Source: Planctomycetota bacterium
Lineage (GTDB): Bacteria; Planctomycetota; UBA1135; UBA2386
Assembly: GCA_046290465.1 (NCBI GenBank)
Contig: JBKAGP010000001.1
Location: 4,288,001-4,352,000, forward strand
Length of the DNA stretch: 64,000 bases
Direction of reading: 5' to 3'
The notes below the pieces were generated by a model. It saw only the letters and a program-made list of their open reading frames with translations, had not been told where the DNA came from and ran no database searches. Shown one piece after another: positions 59,542 to 64,000 of the stretch (position 1 is its first letter; each line of letters starts with the position of its first letter). The translations under genes were made by a program, and so were the position numbers.

Positions 59542-60714
59542 ATGTTCCGCCACTGCCTCACGCTCCTGCTGGCTTCGACCGCGACCGCCCAGTTCGTCTA
59601 CGACTTCAACGGCCTCAACGGCTCCGACCCGCAGCCGTTCACCGCGCTCGACGGGCAGGACAACTGGACGACGCAGACGTTCAATGCGCCCAACGGCTGC
59701 GGTGTCACGGCGACGTTGTCGCACGACGGCACGCCGTCGCTGCGCTTCCAGGAGGTCGGGCCGGGCTACGGCTGCGACGCGTCGCGCATCAACGACGCGG
59801 CCTGGCTGTTCGCGCCGTTCGCGGGCGTCGAGCGCAGCGCGATGTTCCAGTGCGACATGCAGGTCGGCTACTGGGGTGGTTCGTTCGGCCTCGGCCACGA
59901 CACCAACGGCGACGGCGTGATCCGCGGCAGCCAGCAGGGCGAACGCGGCGTGCGCTTCCAGCTCGGCACGCAGGGCAACCAGCAGCTGCGGCTCTACCGC
60001 GGCGACCAGACGTTCGTGCAGGCGACGCTGGCGACGGCTGGCGGCATCGGCGGCGGCGATTGGGTGCGGGTGCGCGTGGTCATGGACCTCGGCGCCAACT
60101 CCGGGGCCGGCGCCGGCACGGTGCTGGTGCAGAACCTGTCGCAGGGCGCGACCACGTTCTCGGCGGTGCCGGGCCTGATCGACGTCGGCCTGGCGCTCGA
60201 CCAGGCCGCGACGGACGCGAGCAACCCGCTGCTGTGGGATGCCCTGTGGCTGCACTTCGAAGGCGCCACCTACGGGCTCGACAACATCGAGGTCGGTTGG
60301 GCCGGCTTCGCCGTGCCGTTCGGAACGGGTTGCGCCGGCGCATCGGGGCCGGTCGAGCTGGTCGCCAACGGCTCGTTCGGTCTCGGCACCACGGTCGACT
60401 TCGTATCCGACAACCACGCCGCCAACGCCGTCGGCCTGGGCATCTTCGGCATCGACGACAGCATCTGGCAGGGCGTGCCGCTGCCGCTGTCGGTCGACCC
60501 GGTGTTCGGCACCAGCGGCTGCACGCTCTACACCGATCCGGCGGTCACCGTGCTGGCGCAGGCTTCAGCGAGCGCGCCGGCGACGATGAGCACGCCCTTC
60601 GCGATCCCGCAGGGCTTGCTGACGGGCTTCGAGTTCTTCGTGCAGCACGCGTGCCTCGAGCCGGTGCAGGGCGGCTGGTCGTTCTCCAACGCGCTGCGGG
60701 TGCGGTTTCCGTAG
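59542..60714 (+). CDS. Secreted lectin-like beta-sandwich protein with shared C-terminal domain
   Basis: Signal ATA-Q; LDGQDNW...LDNIEV; FGTGC..GC.LY..Q..SNALRVRFP. Confidence 0.7.
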   Translation: MFRHCLTLLLASTATAQFVYDFNGLNGSDPQPFTALDGQDNWTTQTFNAPNGCGVTATLSHDGTPSLRFQEVGPGYGCDASRINDAAWLFAPFAGVERSAMFQCDMQVGYWGGSFGLGHDTNGDGVIRGSQQGERGVRFQLGTQGNQQLRLYRGDQTFVQATLATAGGIGGGDWVRVRVVMDLGANSGAGAGTVLVQNLSQGATTFSAVPGLIDVGLALDQAATDASNPLLWDALWLHFEGATYGLDNIEVGWAGFAVPFGTGCAGASGPVELVANGSFGLGTTVDFVSDNHAANAVGLGIFGIDDSIWQGVPLPLSVDPVFGTSGCTLYTDPAVTVLAQASASAPATMSTPFAIPQGLLTGFEFFVQHACLEPVQGGWSFSNALRVRFP

Positions 60715-60777
60715 GCGATCGATAGACGGATGCTCGAGCTGGGATTGCTGCGCGCGTTCTTGGCATGCCTGTGCTGA

Positions 60778-60855
60778 CCGTTGCCGGAAGGCGGCCAAGG
60801 GGTCCGCAGGATCCAGAGCGCGCGCAGCGCCATCATCGAACATGAGCGTCCTCAT
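60778..60855 (-). pseudogene. Possible N-terminal remnant of a kynureninase gene
   Basis: ARALDPADPLAAFRQR resembles the KynU N-terminal A..LD..DPL..FR motif; nothing downstream matches. Confidence 0.4.
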
Positions 60856-60956
60856 CGCGGCTCGAACGGCAGGTGGACGGGTCTCGAGTGGGGCGTTGGC
60901 AGTGCAGGTCGAAGGGTGGCGCGGCGGGTTGGGTTCGTCGGCCGAGAACTGATGGA

Positions 60957-61358
60957 ATGGACAGGGCAAACGGCACCCCCGATGCATGGAGTCGGCCGCT
61001 GCTGGTTGCGTGGGTCAGCTGGCTCTTGGGTCCTGCGGGTTTCGTGTTCTGCGCGATGCTCAATGACGGGAGGCCTGACTGCTTCCTTGCGTCCGTCGCC
61101 GCCGCTGGGCACGGAGCTGCACTGATTCTCACTGTTGCGATGGCGGGATCGGCTCGGTTTCGACGCCTACCCGAGTTCTGGTGCATGCTGACGTACTGGG
61201 TGCCGCTTGCCTTCATGTTCCTGGCCATGGCGATCGACTCGTTTCAGCTAGGCCGTGGGAGCCTGCACACGGTCATGAGTTGGGCGGCGTTGGTTCCGCT
61301 TGCGGCGTTGGTCCGGCTGGCTCGCCTCGTTTGGCATGCGGCCCAGCGGGCTGACTAG
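60957..61358 (+). CDS. Cassette-borne membrane protein
   Basis: About four hydrophobic segments; stop overlaps the left end of an attC-like site. Confidence 0.6.
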   Translation: MDRANGTPDAWSRPLLVAWVSWLLGPAGFVFCAMLNDGRPDCFLASVAAAGHGAALILTVAMAGSARFRRLPEFWCMLTYWVPLAFMFLAMAIDSFQLGRGSLHTVMSWAALVPLAALVRLARLVWHAAQRAD

Positions 61359-61418
61359 TACTGGATGATGCAGCAGACGAGGCTTCGCCTCGCAGCTGAT
61401 CGCTCACAGTCGTTATCC
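61355..61418 (+). repeat. attC-like site (64 bp)
   Basis: CTAGTAC-N5-GATGCAGCAGAC-GAGGCTTCGCCTC-GCAGCTGATC-N10-GTTATCC. Confidence 0.7.
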
Positions 61419-61434
61419 TGGCCCGCGCTCCGTC

Positions 61435-61731
61435 ATGTCGCTCCCGGACTACTTCCAGAAGCCTGAGTTTGCAGGTCACCTCAAGGTGCTCGAGGTACTC
61501 CGTCGGTGGGATCCGATCGGAGTGATCTGCGAGAGCAATCAGGACGAGTATGATTCCTACTCGACGAGGTTCGTGACGATGCTAGACCAAGGGGTGACCA
61601 CCGATGACCTTCTTCGGGCGATGCGTGCTCTGGTCACCGACCACATGGGCATGCCATCCTTCGACGAGGTGCACTCCAGGTCCTGCGCGGCGGAGCTTGT
61701 CGATTTCTGGCGTTCGTGGAAGCATCGCTAA
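61435..61731 (+). CDS. Cassette-borne small protein (DUF1871-like WDPIG..DEYD motif)
   Basis: WDPIGV...QDEYDSY. Confidence 0.7.
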   Translation: MSLPDYFQKPEFAGHLKVLEVLRRWDPIGVICESNQDEYDSYSTRFVTMLDQGVTTDDLLRAMRALVTDHMGMPSFDEVHSRSCAAELVDFWRSWKHR

Positions 61732-61789
61732 TGAGTCGCTGCAGCGGACGACGCTCCGCGCCGCAGCTGATCAACGACAGACGTTGGGA
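61726..61789 (+). repeat. attC-like site (64 bp)
   Basis: CGCTAAT-N5-GCTGCAGCGGAC-GACGCTCCGCGCC-GCAGCTGATC-N10-GTTGGGA; colinear with 61355-61418. Confidence 0.75.
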
Positions 61790-61795
61790 GGGTGC

Positions 61796-62068
61796 GTGAG
61801 CAATCAGGGCATTCGATCGGCGTTTGGGCCAGGCGGCTGGATTGGTCAGGCGCTTCTCGGTGCCGGGCTTGCTGGGATGCTGATCGTCGGGGTGATGTGG
61901 CTCGAACCGGGGCCGGTCGAGCGGTTGATGATCGGCGGCCTGACCATCGCTGTCGGGGCCGCGCTCCTCTTGGCCGTCTGGGAAACGAGGTGGCGCATCG
62001 TTGCGGGATGCGCAACCCTGCTCTTCGGATTGGGGGCAATCTACAGCCTCTACTGCGTGGGATGGTAG
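61796..62068 (+). CDS. Cassette-borne small membrane protein
   Basis: GTG start just after the attC core; three hydrophobic segments. Confidence 0.55.
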   Translation: MSNQGIRSAFGPGGWIGQALLGAGLAGMLIVGVMWLEPGPVERLMIGGLTIAVGAALLLAVWETRWRIVAGCATLLFGLGAIYSLYCVGW

Positions 62069-62154
62069 GATGCCGTCGAACGCGTCGCATGACTTGGCGG
62101 CGGCGGCTCTGCGACCGATGACGGCCGGCATTCTGCAGTCAGATTGGGCGTCCA

Positions 62155-62337
62155 ATGGGTTTCCGCGAGCATCTCACACTCAAGTGCCACACCTGCAAGT
62201 CTCGGCGAGCACTCGGAGGCAGCAAGAAGATGGGCGACAGCAGCGTCGCCGAGCGCAGTGGGTGGGTGCATACGAAGACCAAAGAGGGCGCATATGTCTG
62301 GCTTTGTCCTCCATGTGCGAGAAAGTCACGCAAGTAG
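62155..62337 (+). CDS. 60-aa putative zinc-binding protein
   Basis: CHTC...GW...CPPC. Confidence 0.55.
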   Translation: MGFREHLTLKCHTCKSRRALGGSKKMGDSSVAERSGWVHTKTKEGAYVWLCPPCARKSRK

Positions 62338-62524
62338 TCGCGGCTCGTCAGCAGTTGGCGTCGTGGTCTTCTGCCGAATGCGCGCGATGCCGCTGATGCG
62401 CGGCGCATGAATCGCGGGCGTGGCGGCACGCAGCACGCCACGTGTAGGATGGCCGTGAAGTCGTCGCAGGAGTTGACGCTGCTACGCGCGGCAGGTGGGC
62501 GGCCCGAGTCGGGCGGCAGAAGCC

Positions 62525-63145
62525 ATGATTACGGGCATCGAGGATTACTTCACGAGTGGGTGTGGCCGCTGTGAGCGTTTCGCGACTCCAGACTGCGCTA
62601 CCCGTCAATGGAGCGGTGGCCTCGCGGCACTTCGCAAGATCTGTCTCGATGCCGGACTCGAGGAGGTCGTGAAGTGGGGCCATCCTTGCTACATGCATGC
62701 CGGGCGCAACGTCGCGATCCTGGGCGCCCTTCGTGGGGACTATCGCATCAGCTTCTTCCATGCCGCCTTGATGAAGGACCCCAACGGCGTTCTGGAGAAG
62801 CCGGGCCCGAACACTCGGCACGCTGACATGATCCGGTTCACGAGCAACTCGCGAGTCGCGAAGCTGAAGGCGGTCATCGCGTCCTATCTGAAGGAGGCGA
62901 TGGGTTATGCCGAGGCGGGGATCAAACCACCGAAGGTGCAGCACGATCTCGAGTTGCCCGAAGAACTCGTGGATGCGCTACGTGCGGATCCCGAACTGTC
63001 CGAGGCGTTCCTTGGCTTGACGCCTGGTCGCCAGCGGAGCTACGTGATCAACCTGAACTCGGCGAAGAAGTCCGCGACGCGAGTTGCCCGCATCGACCGG
63101 TTCCGTGCCAGGATTCTGGCGGGGAAGGGTGCAACGGAGCGATGA
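62525..63145 (+). CDS. YdeI/OmpD-associated family protein
   Basis: GCGRC, EE.VKWG.PCY, FF..AL.KD..G.L, LPEEL, LTPGRQRSY, AK..TR..R. Confidence 0.88.
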   Translation: MITGIEDYFTSGCGRCERFATPDCATRQWSGGLAALRKICLDAGLEEVVKWGHPCYMHAGRNVAILGALRGDYRISFFHAALMKDPNGVLEKPGPNTRHADMIRFTSNSRVAKLKAVIASYLKEAMGYAEAGIKPPKVQHDLELPEELVDALRADPELSEAFLGLTPGRQRSYVINLNSAKKSATRVARIDRFRARILAGKGATER

Positions 63146-63157
63146 GTTGCATCTCTC

Positions 63158-63224
63158 ACCTGGCAAGCGCGTGCACGGGACGGGCTGCTGCGCGGCACGC
63201 CGTGGAACCGAAGACACGTTGTGC
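63158..63224 (+). repeat. Degenerate attC-like site
   Basis: ACCTGGC-AAGCG-CGTGCACGGGAC..inner hairpin..GAACCG..CAC-GTTGTGC. Confidence 0.55.
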
Positions 63225-63226
63225 GG

Positions 63227-63523
63227 ATGAGTCGCCGTAGCAGGGATCCTGGAGATCCGTTCGAGCTGGAACTCGAGCGTGTGTTCGGCTGGGGCGAACT
63301 GGCCTTCGCATGCGCCCTCGGACTGTTTGCGCTCGTTGCCAGCCTGGCGGAGGTGACTCGCGCGACTTGGCCCGCGCTGTTGTGGGAGTTGGCGACACTG
63401 CTCGGCGCCGCGATGGTCTTCGCATGCTGGCTCGAGCCGTCGATTCGTCCGAGGCTGCTTCGCTTCTTCTGGGTGTGGTTGGCGATCAGTCTGTCGGTGG
63501 CGACGACCCGGCTCGTGGGTTAG
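63227..63523 (+). CDS. Cassette-borne small membrane protein
   Basis: Three hydrophobic segments; starts just after a GTT core. Confidence 0.55.
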   Translation: MSRRSRDPGDPFELELERVFGWGELAFACALGLFALVASLAEVTRATWPALLWELATLLGAAMVFACWLEPSIRPRLLRFFWVWLAISLSVATTRLVG

Positions 63524-63579
63524 CCAGGCAAGGCAGCTGGCGCGACGGTGCGGCAGCGGATGAAGAAGACGCGTCGGGT
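63518..63579 (+). repeat. Highly degenerate attC-like site
   Basis: GGTTAGC-N5-AAGGCAGCTGGC...GCAGCGGATG-N10-GTCGGGT; same layout as the 64-bp sites. Confidence 0.4.
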
Positions 63580-63592
63580 AGACAGGAACCAC

Positions 63593-63865
63593 ATGTCCAA
63601 GCCAGTCATCGCCGCTCTCAGCTGCTCGCTCGCGCTCCTCGCGGGCTGCGCATCCTACGAAGAGTCGTCGTCAAAGGGTGAGGAGCCAGTGTTGACCTAC
63701 GCAGGCGATGGTTACGGCGGTCGCGTCCACCTTCGCCTGGTGCGAGGCGAGGTGATAGGTGGCGAGGTCGAGACGCTGCATCGCGACTGCACGGGCGCCC
63801 CTCTCGTGTTCCCGATCCGCGTGCTGGATCAGCTGGCTAGCATGCTGCCCGACCAAAGACGTTAG
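63593..63865 (+). CDS. Cassette-borne lipoprotein, possibly truncated
   Basis: Lipobox LAGC; stop lies inside an attC core-like AGAC-GTTAGCC (63861-63867). Confidence 0.55.
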   Translation: MSKPVIAALSCSLALLAGCASYEESSSKGEEPVLTYAGDGYGGRVHLRLVRGEVIGGEVETLHRDCTGAPLVFPIRVLDQLASMLPDQRR

Positions 63866-63875
63866 CCGGATCGAA

Positions 63876-64000
63876 ATGGCCTCGACACATGCAGATGGCA
63901 CGCCGTGCAAGGAAGCGACCAGGTCCGTGCCGGATGGCTACGCACCTTGCTGCGACTTGTTCGATGGGCACACGAGTGCGTGTGACTTCGACGTGCGTTA
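63876..64000 (+). CDS. 5' part of a Cys-containing cassette ORF (runs off the window)
   Basis: ATG shortly after GTTAGCC; MASTHADGTPCKEA..PCCDLF..ACDFDVR open to the edge. Confidence 0.45.
   Translation, partial: MASTHADGTPCKEATRSVPDGYAPCCDLFDGHTSACDFDVR

Larger units (their letters stand above)
60957..64000 (+). mobile_element. Degenerate integron-type gene-cassette array lacking a nearby integrase (CALIN-like)
   Basis: About 8 short co-oriented ORFs with atypical codon use, separated by attC-like elements. Confidence 0.7.

Overview
This is a high-GC bacterial chromosomal window. The lineage is plausibly an uncultured Planctomycetota-type, inferred only from protein style. Housekeeping loci are pdxR-pdxS-pdxT, aroB-aroA/aroK(fusion)-aroC, a 3-hydroxyacyl-CoA dehydrogenase/hydratase, pirin and peptidases. 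The rtcB-rtcA RNA-repair operon has a readable sigma54 promoter, an IHF-like site, twin TATCC-N4-GGATA enhancer palindromes and a highly structured ~195-nt leader. Its activator rtcR sits ~13.5 kb away. The gap holds a GluR0-like channel gene, a gene remnant, a ParB-like gene and an ~11-kb island. The island is a five-gene operon: two carboxypeptidase-regulatory-like anchored proteins, a protein in which all 17 Cys are followed by Ser/Thr, and two paralogous GDHT-motif membrane proteins. Eight secreted proteins with diverse N-terminal domains, plus one remnant, share a ~120-aa C-terminal domain that could be a sorting or anchoring module, and their signal peptides all end in A|Q. The last 3 kb is an array of small co-oriented ORFs separated by eroded attC-like sites, with no integrase in view. 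All calls come from reading motifs by eye; no searches were run, and start codons marked as chosen are estimates.
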